A program made the translations under genes and the position numbers. DNA of 64,000 nt from Schmidtea polychroa (lineage: Eukaryota), in the NCBI GenBank assembly GCA_044892525.1, contig CM097885.1, positions 36,954,001 through 37,018,000 of the forward strand, written 5' to 3'. This document shows, in pieces, positions 1-11,765 of this stretch. Every line of letters begins with the position of its first letter. Positions within the stretch are counted from its first letter, which is position 1. The notes below the pieces were generated by a model. It made no database searches. It was not told the DNA's origin and worked only from the letters and a program-made list of their open reading frames with translations.

Positions 1-57
1 TCATGAACATGATCAGCCATGGCCCATATAGATGCACCTGGCAATCATTCATTGGAG

Positions 58-385
58 GTTGATTAGGAGAGGCAGAGCGAGTCCATCCTCTGTCAGGTGA
101 GTTTCAGTTTCCGCCGGATCCAATTGAATTCTGTGGAGGTGTTCCAATCAGGTCCAATCAGGTCCAATCATGTCAGGACGGACTTTCAGACGTATTTTCA
201 GGTAGTAATTTTTGGAATGTTATTTGATTCCGCCGGATCCAATTGAATTCTGACGAGGTGCTCCAATCAGGTCTGGACGGATTTCATATATTTGATTAGG
301 AGAGGCAGAGCAAGTCTATCCTCTGTCAGTTTGAGTTTCTGCTGGATCTAATTGGAGGAGAAATTCCAATCAGGTCAGGATGGAC
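58..385. repeat. Degenerate direct repeats (GATTAGGAGAGGCAGAGC...CCTCTGTCAG and CCGGATCCAATTGAATTCTG...TCCAATCAGGTC modules)
   Basis: The modules recur at ~60/~294 and ~110/~230/~340. On the minus strand they read as repeated peptides such as RPDLIGxPxQNSIGSGG, with stops. Confidence 0.6.
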
Positions 386-600
386 AGTTCCAGCTTCAGT
401 GTTATAAATGGAATGGTTCTGAAGGAAATGGTTAATTTTTTTCGGAGTAGAAAGACTCCTATTGGTGATATTTGTAGCGTTGGATAATTTAATTATATAT
501 AATATAGCATATAGAATGTTAAAGATATGAGAAAGATATAATAGACATTAGATAAAAAAAAAGGATTAACTGTCAATGGGCGGGATCCATACAAGGATCC

Positions 601-1715
601 CTACAAGTACCCAATGACAGTTGGGTAAGGAGACCTAATGTCTCCTTTTTTTCTTTTTTTACCATTGTTCTTTGGTATTTCTCGTTCAGGCAAATTTATA
701 GGATTGTCAGTTGAGTTAATAAACATATTAGATTGGTCTATGACATCAGGATTTAGGTTTTCGGACAAGTGAGAGTATGCCGTGCTGACAGATGAGATAA
801 TTTTGGCAGCTAATTGTGGGTCTGGTAGTGACGAATTGATGTCCCTGTGACTATGGAAGGCAGACATAATCACATCAATTTGGTTCATATGTTCAGGAGT
901 TAGGGGTCCAGATATGCTTTGGGCTGAAGTTATCAATTCTTAATTTTATTGATCTGTATAATCGGAGGACGAAAAAAATTTTTAGCGTGGTCATTGGATC
1001 TGAAATTATTTTTAGAATATTCAAACAAATTACTCCGAATTTGTTTTTTCTTTAATTTTTTACGTTTTTTATATTTAGAATTTTTAGATTTAATTATAAA
1101 ATCATTAAAAAACCAATTATCATGCTTTTTTTCAAAAAATGTATTCACGTTTTTATTTTTTAAAGCTTGTTTTTTAATAAAAATTTCATTACTTTTATTA
1201 ATTTTATAGAGTATATTTTTAAGATTAAGATTTTCATTAAAATTAGTATTTTCATTAAAATAATGATTTTCTTTTGAATTAGGATTTATTTTAGAATTAA
1301 CATTTTTCTTAAAAAAAGCATGTTTTCCGAAGGAATTAATATTAAAAGAATGGGAAAAATTAAGGTAGTTTTGATCATAAGTTACGTTTGAGTGCCATAT
1401 TTTTATAGCTGTTTCGAAAGCATCTAGGAATTCAATATGCTGCTCTCGGACCAAGTTTTCAATAGTAAAACATCCAGAGATAATATCGTCGGCATATTTG
1501 AACGTATTATGGCTTATTTCCCGAATATTGGAGCCAACACAGTCCCAGCATGCTTTTCGGAGATCCTTCGACATTTCAATGGTTCCTGAAAAAAAGTTAA
1601 TAAGCTGAAAAGCAATAAAAAACTCATTGATTTCTGCCCCAGTGCTAGTGAATGTTATATGGAGTAATTCTACTAAGCTCTGAGGACTTTTACCAAAAAT
1701 CTTTAGCGTGGTCAT
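601..1715 (-). CDS. Two overlapping ORFs (260 aa and 111 aa) of unknown function, probably one frameshifted, TE-derived or lineage-specific ORF
   Basis: ORF track 933-1715 and 601-936 overlap by 4 nt. Basic NLS-like stretches (KKRKKLKKK, KKRKK) are present, but no recognisable domain. Confidence 0.3.
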
Positions 1716-1804
1716 TGGATCACTATTGGATTACTATTTAAGAGTGATCACTCTGTGTTAATATTAATAAATCTTTAGATGAAACCAATTGTTGTAACTG
1801 GCGA

Positions 1805-1885
1805 CTTAATCATTGCCCAGCGAAAGCTAATGCACGCAGAAAGAAACACAGATATGTCCTGCAAACAGTGTCAGAATACCTACTC
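1805..1885 (+). pseudogene. RLE-type non-LTR retrotransposon fragment, part 1 (end of zinc knuckle, upstream of the endonuclease)
   Basis: Reads LNHCPAKANARRKKHRYVLQTVSEYLL and continues in frame at 17460 once the insertion and one TSD copy are removed. Confidence 0.8.
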
Positions 1886-1934
1886 AGTAGGTAGTTAGGA
1901 GCCCGCTGGAACAATTGGGCGGTACCCCCCCCAC

Positions 1935-3420
1935 CTGTTCCACGATTTTTTTTGTTCCACGATTTTTTTGTTCCACGATTTTATTACGCAATTGTTCCAC
2001 ACTATTGTCTCGATGGTCCTGGGATTTTCAATACAAAAAAAAAATTTTTCAATACAAAAAGGCGGTCTCAATAAAAAAGCATGGAATTTTCAGACTATAG
2101 TGAGGGGGTCTCGATGGTCCTGGGATTTTCAATACAAATAAAATTTTTTCAATACAAAAATCCGATTACCACTAAAAAAGCCAAGGATTTTTCAGACTAT
2201 AGTGAGGTGAGTCTCCTTGGTCCTGAGAAATAGGTGGTCTACACTAAAAAAGCATGGTAATTTAAGGTCTCAGAATATTTTCAATACAAAAAGCTGGTCT
2301 ACACTAAAAAAGCATGGTAATTTAAGGTCTCAGGATATTTTCAATACAAAAAGGCGGTCTCACTAAAAAAGCATGGATTTTTCGAATTAAATTAAGGTGG
2401 GTCTCCTTGGTCCTGAGAAAAAGGTGGTCTACACTAAAAAACGTGCTAAATATTTCAATTACAGTAAATTATGGTCAAAAATTTTCAAATAAAGTAAATT
2501 ATGGTTCTAAAAAATTAAATTACAGTAAATTATGGGCTAAGATTTTTCAATTACAGTAAATAATGGTTCTAAAAATTGAATTACAGTAAATTATGGTCCT
2601 AAAAAAATTAAATTACAGTAAATAATGGTCCAAATTTTTGAATTACAGTAAATTATGGTTCTAAAAATTAAATTAAAGTAAATTATAGTCCTAAAAATTA
2701 AATTAAAGTTAATTAAGGTCCAAATTTTTCAAATACAGTAAATTATGGTCCTAAAAATTGAATTACAGTAAATTATGGTCAAAAATTTTGAATTACAGTA
2801 TATAATGGTCTAAATTTTTAAATTACAGTAAATAATGGTTCTAAAAAATTAAATTACAGTAAATTATGGTCCAAATTTTTCAATTACAGTAAATAATGGT
2901 TCTAAAAAATTAAATTACAGTAAATTATGGTCCAAATTTTTCAATTACAGTAAATAATGGTTCTAAAAAATTAAATTACAGTAAATTATGGTCAAAAATT
3001 TTGAATTACAGTAAATTATGGTCAAAAATTTTCAAATAAAGTAAATTATGGTCCTAAAAAATTGAATTAAAGTAAATAATGGTCCAAATTTTTGAATTAA
3101 AGTAAATTTAGGTTCTAAAAAATTAAATTAAAGTAAATTATGGTTCTAAAAATTAAATTACAGTAAATTATGGTTCAAATTTTTCAATTAAAGTAAATTA
3201 TGGTCCAAATTTTTAAATTAAAGTAAATTAAGGTTCTAAAAATTAAATTAAAGTAAATAATGGTCCAAATTTTAAAATTAAAGTAAATTAAGGTTCTAAA
3301 AATTAAATTAAAGTTAATTAAGGTCCAAATTTTTAAATTAAGTAATCAATGGTAAAAAATTTTAAATAAGTAAATTAAAGTAATAATTTTTAAATAAGTA
3401 AATTAAAGTAATGTAATAAG
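1935..3420 (+). repeat. Subterminal tandem arrays: TGTTCCACGATTTT x4, ~60-bp TTTTCAATACAAAA/CTACACTAAAAAAGCATGG units, ~30-bp AATTACAGTAAATTATGGTC units (mirrored at ~16000-17395)
   Basis: Tandem periodicity directly visible. Confidence 0.9.
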
Positions 3421-3679
3421 TAAATTAAAGTAAGATTTTTAAATTTATTAACAAAAAATAGGTGTTTGAGAATTGAAATTTTTTAATGAAAATTTTTATG
3501 AAATAATTTTTTAAGTAATTTTTAATAGAAATTTTTATGAAATAATTTTTCAAGTAATTTTTAATGGAAATTTTTATGAAATATTTTTCAATGATAATTT
3601 TAGATAGAAATTTTTAAGATAATTTTTAATGAAAATTTTTATGAAATATTTTTCAAAGACAAATTTTAATAATAATTCA

Positions 3680-4620
3680 ACAACAAACCAACAACTAAGT
3701 ACTAACAACCAGTAACTTACGAACATGTATTTACAACCAGATACCTACAACTAGTTACTAACAACCTGATACCAACTACTCACAACCCACAACAACCAGC
3801 TACTAAGCATTATCAACCAAGTACCTACAACCACATACCAAGTACTAACAACCAACATCAACCAGCTAACGACTAGGTACCAACTACTTACAACCCACAA
3901 CAACCAGCTAACAACTAACTACAACCTACCATGTACTAACAACCAACAACAACCAGGTACTAAGCATTAATTACCAACTACTAAGTACCTACAACCACCT
4001 ACCAAGTACCTACAACCACCTACCCATTAACTAGCTACTAAGTACTAACAACTAGCTACAACCTACCAAGTACTCACAACCGACAACAACCAAGTACTAA
4101 GCATTATTAACCAACTACTAAGTACCTACAACCAACTAACAACCACCTACCAAGTACTAACAACCAGTTACCAACTACTAAGCATTAATTACCTACAACT
4201 AGTTACTAACAACTAGATACCAAGTACATACAACCAACATCAACCAGGTACTAAGCATTATCAACCAAGTACTAACAACCAAGTAACTTACCTAGTACTA
4301 AGCACTGACAACCTACCAAGTACTATCAACCAGCTAACAACTAGATACCAAGTACATACAACTAGTTACTAACAACCAGTTACCTGATACCAAGTACATA
4401 CTACCAACTACTAACAACCAGTTACCTGATACCAAGTACATACAACTAGTTACTAACAACCACCTACCAACTACATACAACCTACAACTAGATACTTACA
4501 ACCAGATACCTGCTACCAAGTACTTACAACCAACATCAACCACCTACCAAGTACTAACAACCAAGTACAAGATACCTAGTACTAAGCACTGTCAACTAGA
4601 TACCAACAAGATGACCACAT
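3680..4620 (+). repeat. C/A-rich degenerate minisatellite (CAACC/AAGTACT/TACCTAC words), mirrored at ~14860-15795
   Basis: Strong strand asymmetry and recurring short words. Confidence 0.85.
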
Positions 4621-4907
4621 GAAATTATTGGTTAAATATGAAAATAAGGATTATAATTAGTTGTTAAGTAAATTATGGTGTAAAATTAATAAATAAAGAA
4701 TAATTAGGTAAATTAATGTTAAAAATTTTAAATAAGTAAATTAAGGTTCAAAATTTAAAATTAAGTATCCAATGGTTCAAATTTTAAATTAAAGCTAAAT
4801 AAGTAAATTAAAGTAAGATTTTTAAATTTATTATCAAAAGATTGAATAACCACCAACTTTTTTGAGAAATGTAATTTATAATGAAAATTTAAATGGAAAT
4901 TTTAATG

Positions 4908-4908
<1 letters not shown>

Positions 4909-5006
<98 letters not shown>

Positions 5007-5016
5007 TAATAATAAT
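4909..5016 (+). repeat. (TAA)n microsatellite (mirrored as a shorter (TTA)n at ~14489-14566)
   Basis: Directly visible; produces the spurious poly-Ile ORF. Confidence 0.95.
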
Positions 5017-8000
5017 TCAACAGTTACCAACAATCGGTTACTAAATATTTTTAACTAGGTGCTAACAAATACTTTCAACATGATACCACGTACTAACTAA
5101 CTCTCAAACACCGACATACTTACAACTAACTACTTACAATCAACTAAATATTCTTTATTGTATTTTATGAAATGCTTTTTAAATTAATATTTTTTTATAT
5201 AGCTTCTATAATAATTTTAATTACAATCAATATAAAACCTTTTCAAATTTAACAAAAATGTTGATTTTCATCAAAAAACCACAACTCAATCACTTTAAAA
5301 CACCACGTGAAATTCAAAATAATTACAATGAAAGACTAATAAATTCTAATTTACAAAACATTCTTCTTTTAATTGACAACTTATTATTGCAAAGTAAAAA
5401 TCGCATTCAATAAATACTTATTGTTGATCAGTTTTATTATATATACTCTTAGTCTATTCGACAAGTTGTTTTGACCCCCTAAGGGTACTGGTCGTAGGGG
5501 TACTGGTCGTAAGGGTATTGGTAACACTCAACCAACACCTACCCATTAACTAACTACTAAGTACCTACAACCACCTACTCATTAATTAACTACCATGTAC
5601 TAACTACTAGGTTTCAAACAACGAAATACTAAACACTTACTAACATGTACTAACAACCACCATCAAAACCCATCGAGAAATTAACAAATATCAACCTACA
5701 ACTATATAACAACAATCAGTAAACAACACTGTACCAACTACCAAATACAAGATACCAACAACTTAGTACCAACAATCAACTAACAACATATAAAAATAAT
5801 AGCAATTAAATACAAAATATTCTTCATCGCATACACTATTTTCTTATCAAAATCTAAAAAGTCAACCAACTACTTACAACCAACAACTATGTACTAACAA
5901 ATTGATCTTTAAAAGCAAATACTCATCACTTGAAAAATTAGATGAAAAATTAATTGAACTCAAGGCATCAATAACTTGGTAAAAATTGATTAAATAATTA
6001 TAAAAATTTAAATTATTCAAAATAAATATCATAAAAATTTAATTAATAGACAAGAAAGAATTCTAATCATTAATCATCAAGTAAATAAAAGAAAAATACT
6101 GATCATTCAAGTTGAATCAACTAAGATAATAAATTAATAAAAATTTTTGAAATAAGATCTAGTAGATAATTGATTTAGATTGAATAAATTAATTGAAATA
6201 AAATTAATTTTAATTATTTTTTTAAAAGTAATACATGTACTCAAATTGATTGACTGATTGCTCAATATATTCAAAAATCAGTATAAATTCATTACAATTA
6301 TCAAAGTCATCAATCTACAATAAAAATAATTATCATTAAATTCCAAAAGAGACTAGATAACTAATGATAACATCTAACAAACCAGTAAATTCATTTAAAT
6401 GACAATAATTGGTATATTCAAGCGCATTCTCTAATAAAATCATCTAAAAAGCATCAAATTTCCCTGAAATATCTATATCTTTTAAGATTAGAATCTTATC
6501 GATAAGTACTTGTTAAAGATCATATATTCACCTCAAACTAATAAGATCCCTTAAAATCCCTTAAATGACTATATTTCAACCCTTAATTCATATTATTACA
6601 AATATCATCTAAAAAGCATCAAATTTCATTGAAATAACTCTATCCTTAAAGATTGATATTTTAATGATAAGTACCCGTAAAAGATCATATATTCCCCTCA
6701 GACTAATAAGATTCCTTAAAATCCCTTAAATGACTATATTTCTAACTTTAATTCCTATTATCATACATATTTCACTATTGATAAAACCAGTTATAATTAA
6801 ATTTTTGTTAATCACTGTACTCAAAATTTAAAATAAATATAACTGACTAGGTCCCATTGAAAGATTAAATTTATCCATTCAATAAAATATATTTCTTCAA
6901 ATGGTCTTATTTTACCAATATTCAACCGATTTAATTATTAATTAAAATCAAGATTTCTTCGATTAAAGATCAATTTTCGTTAGACGATGTTTTAAGTTCA
7001 TATTTCCAACTTTTATCGTTGTCCGTCTAAATAAAGATAAAAATAATTTAAAGTTGATATCAATCCCAATTATCTGTAAAGATTTCATTGTCAAAACCAA
7101 GTAAATCGATCATTATCCCTACTTAATAAAATATTGTTCTAAATAAATTTACTGTGCATTAATCACAACCTATTAAAACGATATAATTTCATATTATTAT
7201 TGATTCATAACTGACTAATGTATTGACATTTCCCTTAAAACATTGATATTTTACAAACATCATCCTTAAAAAATCATATATTCCCATCTTAACCCATCCT
7301 TCATTAAATTCAATCGGCTATATCTCCCTTACAACGATATATTCCCACCTTATCTGATCTCTCATTAAATTTAACCGACTATATCCCCCTTACAATGATA
7401 TATTCCCATCTTAACCCATCCTTCATTAAATTTAACCGAGTATATCCCCTCTAAAGATCATATTTTCCCATCTTATCTGATCTCTCAGTAAATATTTCTA
7501 CCACTTTAAACTTCAATATCTAACCAACTATATCCCTTGAGGTTATATCCCCTTTAATATATCAATCCTCTTAAAATCCTTAGAGAATTCTTCAAAAAAT
7601 AAGAATTTTCATAAACTGTTATAGACACCAAATATTCTTCCATTGAAATAATTTAAAAGCTATGTAGTAAGAGCCCACTAACCAATCAAAATCATGGAAG
7701 GGTAGGGAAAAATATATTACGTTGCGGTATTTTAAAATTAAAATTTATTTTAAAAACACATTTTGACGCTAAAGTCGACTTATGTAACAAAGATATAATA
7801 AACTCATTATTTCCTACAAATATTTACCATAAAATACCTAACTGGAGATGATATATATTGATTGATCATAATTCTTCAGCTATTCAATCAATCATTTTCA
7901 AGCAATAACAGCAAACTAAATTTCTGTATATCCTACAATAATTATCAAGTAAATTTAAAGTCCTTGATAAAGTTAACTGGTTTCTTAGCTTATGTTTTTA

Positions 8001-10209
8001 AAAGTTCATCAATGTGTAAATATTCTTAGAATTTATTCAAATGCATTACAAAGTCATCAAAAATTTATTCTATCACTTAATTATTAACTTAATTGTCAAT
8101 GAAATTAATTTTTATTTAAAACTATTCAATAAAATACCACTAATTATCAAGAAATTAATTAAATTTATCAATTAAATTTATCAGTCAACATGAAATTCTT
8201 AGAAAAATATTCAATATCCTCATCAAAATTTATCCTATCACTTGATTATTGTACAAACTCTAATTATTAACCTCGTTAAAAATAAATTTTTATTTAAAAT
8301 TAAAAAACAAGTCAATAAAAATACATTCAATTATCAAGAAATTAATTAAATTTACCTTAGAATTAGCATTAAATTACAGATATTCACAAAATATTACGGA
8401 AATTCACAAAAATAATGGAAATTCATAAAAATGATAGAAAATTACAAAAAATGATGGAAATTAACAAAAAACGATAAAAACTCACAAAAAACGATAAAGA
8501 TTCACAAAAATGATAGAAATTTACTTGAATAAAAACATCAACTCTAAAAATTATCAATGAATGCCTTAAACAACAAATTTGTCTAAATAATCATTTAAAT
8601 AAAAGCATTAAATACCTTTACGACTAATACCCTTGCGACATGTTGAATGCGAGTAGTACCCTTGTGAGCAATACCCATATGGGGACAGAATATTTTGTCG
8701 GATAAACTCAGAGTATATATTAATTAACTCATTCAAATTTATCATTGAATTAGTCAAATTATCGTAAATTTCGATAAAAAATCTAAAGTGGTAAGCAATG
8801 TAAAGAGAAATATTCTTTAAACCTTGATAAAATTAACAATGAAGGTGGTAAGAATCTTCATTAAAGTGAGGAAATTATTCATTACTCGATTCAAATGGGT
8901 GAAAATAATTGGTAGAATAATTCATTAATGGAGGTAGATAATGAGAAGTAGTATAGATAAGATGAAGGTTGATAAGAATGGATGTATTGCAACTATTTTC
9001 TAAAAATTAATACTTTAATAAAAAAAAACTTTTAAAACAAATATTTGTGGGGATGTTTTAAGTGAATAATTAATCAAAATCGGCGGAATATAAGTAGAAA
9101 ATCGGGGTGGGGGTTATAGGCGAATAATTAATGGAAAATCGGGGGTAATATAGGGATTAAATAGTGGAGAATAATAGTGAATATAAGTGAGAAGGATATG
9201 TAATTTAAACTATTTTATTACATAACAAGCCGCGACTAGTTTATTACATAACAAGCCGTGACTAGTTTATTACATAACAAGCTGTGAATAGTATTTTATT
9301 GAAAATTATTGATTAGGTCTTTTTTTTTAATTTTTGAATAGGTACTTTAATACCTTAATAATTTAAATGTTTTGATTTACACTAAATAATTTCTAAATCA
9401 ATTACCCTTTTCAATCAATATAAGTTAATATTCAAATATAAGTCTTCGAAAATATAAATTTTATAAGTAAAGCTTTTTTAAATAAATTTAAATAAGAAAT
9501 TAATTTATTACCAGTTATATACTTTAAAACTTATTTATGGAATAAAACATTAGAAATAAAAAAGTTTTTGTTGTATAAGTACTTGCAATAATAGCTATAT
9601 ATTATTAAATTTACGATTCTACACTAAATATTTCGAAACGAATATCATAATATGAATTATATTACTCCTTTTAATAAAAATAAGATAAATATTCAAATAA
9701 ATGACTTATAAAATACAATTAAAATTAAATTCTTTACACTAAATTTAAAAATTTAAGTTTTATTAGAAAATGTGAATAAGAAATTGAATTATTAACAGTT
9801 ATAGACTTTTTAAACTTAATGATGGAATTAGGTAATAGAAAGTAAATATTTTTTTAAAAAAAGACCTTTAATATTGTAGCTATTTATTATTAAATTTACT
9901 ATTTTACACTAAATATTTCGATTTAGAAAACAATCATCACAATATTAAATGTGATACTTCAATCAAAATAAGTTAATACTCAAATATATGTCTTATAAAA
10001 TACAATTAAAATTAAATACTTCACTAATTTTAAGTAAAGTTTTTTAAATTCTCAAATAAATGTTAACAAGATATTAATTTATTAATTATTATAGATTTTT
10101 TAAACTTATTATTGAAATTAAACAATAGAATGATATTCAAAATATATACAATTTTAAAATATAATTAAAATTAAATTACATACTTTAAAAATTTAGTAAA
10201 ATGTTGGTA

Positions 10210-11685
10210 AAATACCATTCACAGCTTGTTACGTAATACACTAGTTACGGCTTGTTATGTAATAAACTAGTTACGGCTTGTTATGTAATAAACTAGTTTA
10301 AATTATATATCCTCCTCACTTATATTCCCCGATTCTCAATACCCCACTAATTATTATCACTTATATTCCCACGATTTTCCACTATTTAATCATTTGTATC
10401 CCTTAGAATTTCCATTAATTATTCGCCTATAACCCCCACCCCGATTTTCTACTTATATTCCGCCGATTTTGATTAATTATTCACTTAAAACATCCCCACA
10501 AATATTTGTTTTAAAAGTTTTTTTTATTAAAGTATTAATTTTTAGAAAATAGTTGCAATACATCCATTCTTATCAACCTTCATCTTATCTATACTACTTC
10601 TCATTATCTACCTCCATTAATGAATTATTCTACCAATTATTTTCACCCATTTGAATCGAGTAATGAATAATTTCCTCACTTTAATGAAGATTCTTACCAC
10701 CTTCATTGTTAATTTTATCAAAGTTTAAAGAATATTTCTCTTTACATTGCTTACCACTTTAGATTTTTTATCGAAATTTACGATAATTTGACTAATTCAA
10801 TGATAAATTTGAATGAGTTAATTAATATATACTCTGAGTTTATCCGACAAAATATTCTGTCCCCCTATGGGTATTGCTCACAAGGGTACTACTCACATTC
10901 AACATGTCGCAAGGGTATTAGTCGTAAAGGTATTTAATGTTTTTATTTGAATGATTATTTAGACAAATTTGTTGTTTAAGGTATTGATAATTTTTAGAGT
11001 TGATGGTTTTATTCAAGTAAATTTCTATCATTTTTATGAATTTCTATCATTTTTTGTAATTTTCTATTATTTTCATGAATTTCCGTACTTTTTTGTGAAT
11101 ATCCGTAATGTTTGTAGATATCTATCATTTTCATGGATTTCTAACATTTTTGCAAATTTCATGTTTATTGAATGAATATTTAATAATTTAATGCTAATTC
11201 TAAGATAAATTTAATTAATTTCTTGATAATTTTAAATAAAAATTTATTTTTGTACAATAATCAAGTGATAGGATAAATTTTGATGAGGATATTGAATAAT
11301 TTTCTAAGAATTTCATGTTGACTGATTAAAAGTTTTAATGGTGATAAATTTAATTGATAAATTTAATTAATTTCTTGATAATTAGTTGTATTTTATTGAA
11401 TAGTTTTTAAATAAAAATTAATTTCATTGACAATTAGGTTAATAATTAAGTGATAGAATAAATTTTTGATGATAACTTTGTAATATATTTGACTAAATAA
11501 TGTTTTCAATAATTTTCTAAGAATATTTACACCTTGATGCACTTTAAAAAACATAAGCTAAGAAACCAGTTAACTTTATCAAGGACTTTAAATTTACTTG
11601 ATAATTATTGTAGGATATACAGAAATTTAGTTTCCTGATAGTGCTTGAAAATGATTGGTTGAATAGCTGAAGAATTACGATCAAT

Positions 11686-11765
<80 letters not shown>

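Larger units (their letters stand above)
1886..9300 (+). repeat. Left arm of the giant inverted repeat
   Basis: Reverse complement of ~10210-17453, e.g. 5440-5520 vs 13985-14065 and 9061-9137 vs 10409-10486. Confidence 0.95.

Noticed and set aside
58..385. Possible hammerhead ribozyme repeats
   Set aside because: No CUGANGA...GAAA core with proper stems found on either strand.
1480..1505. YADD motif in the 933-1715 ORF suggesting reverse transcriptase
   Set aside because: No other RT motifs (e.g. the upstream QG..LSP block) at the expected spacing; probably chance.
2450..3420. Regular ~30-bp repeats resembling a CRISPR array
   Set aside because: No unique spacers, no cas genes, eukaryotic context; plain minisatellite.
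3680..4620. C/A-rich tract as telomeric repeat
   Set aside because: No (CCCTAA)n or other fixed telomere unit; internal to a TSD-bounded element.
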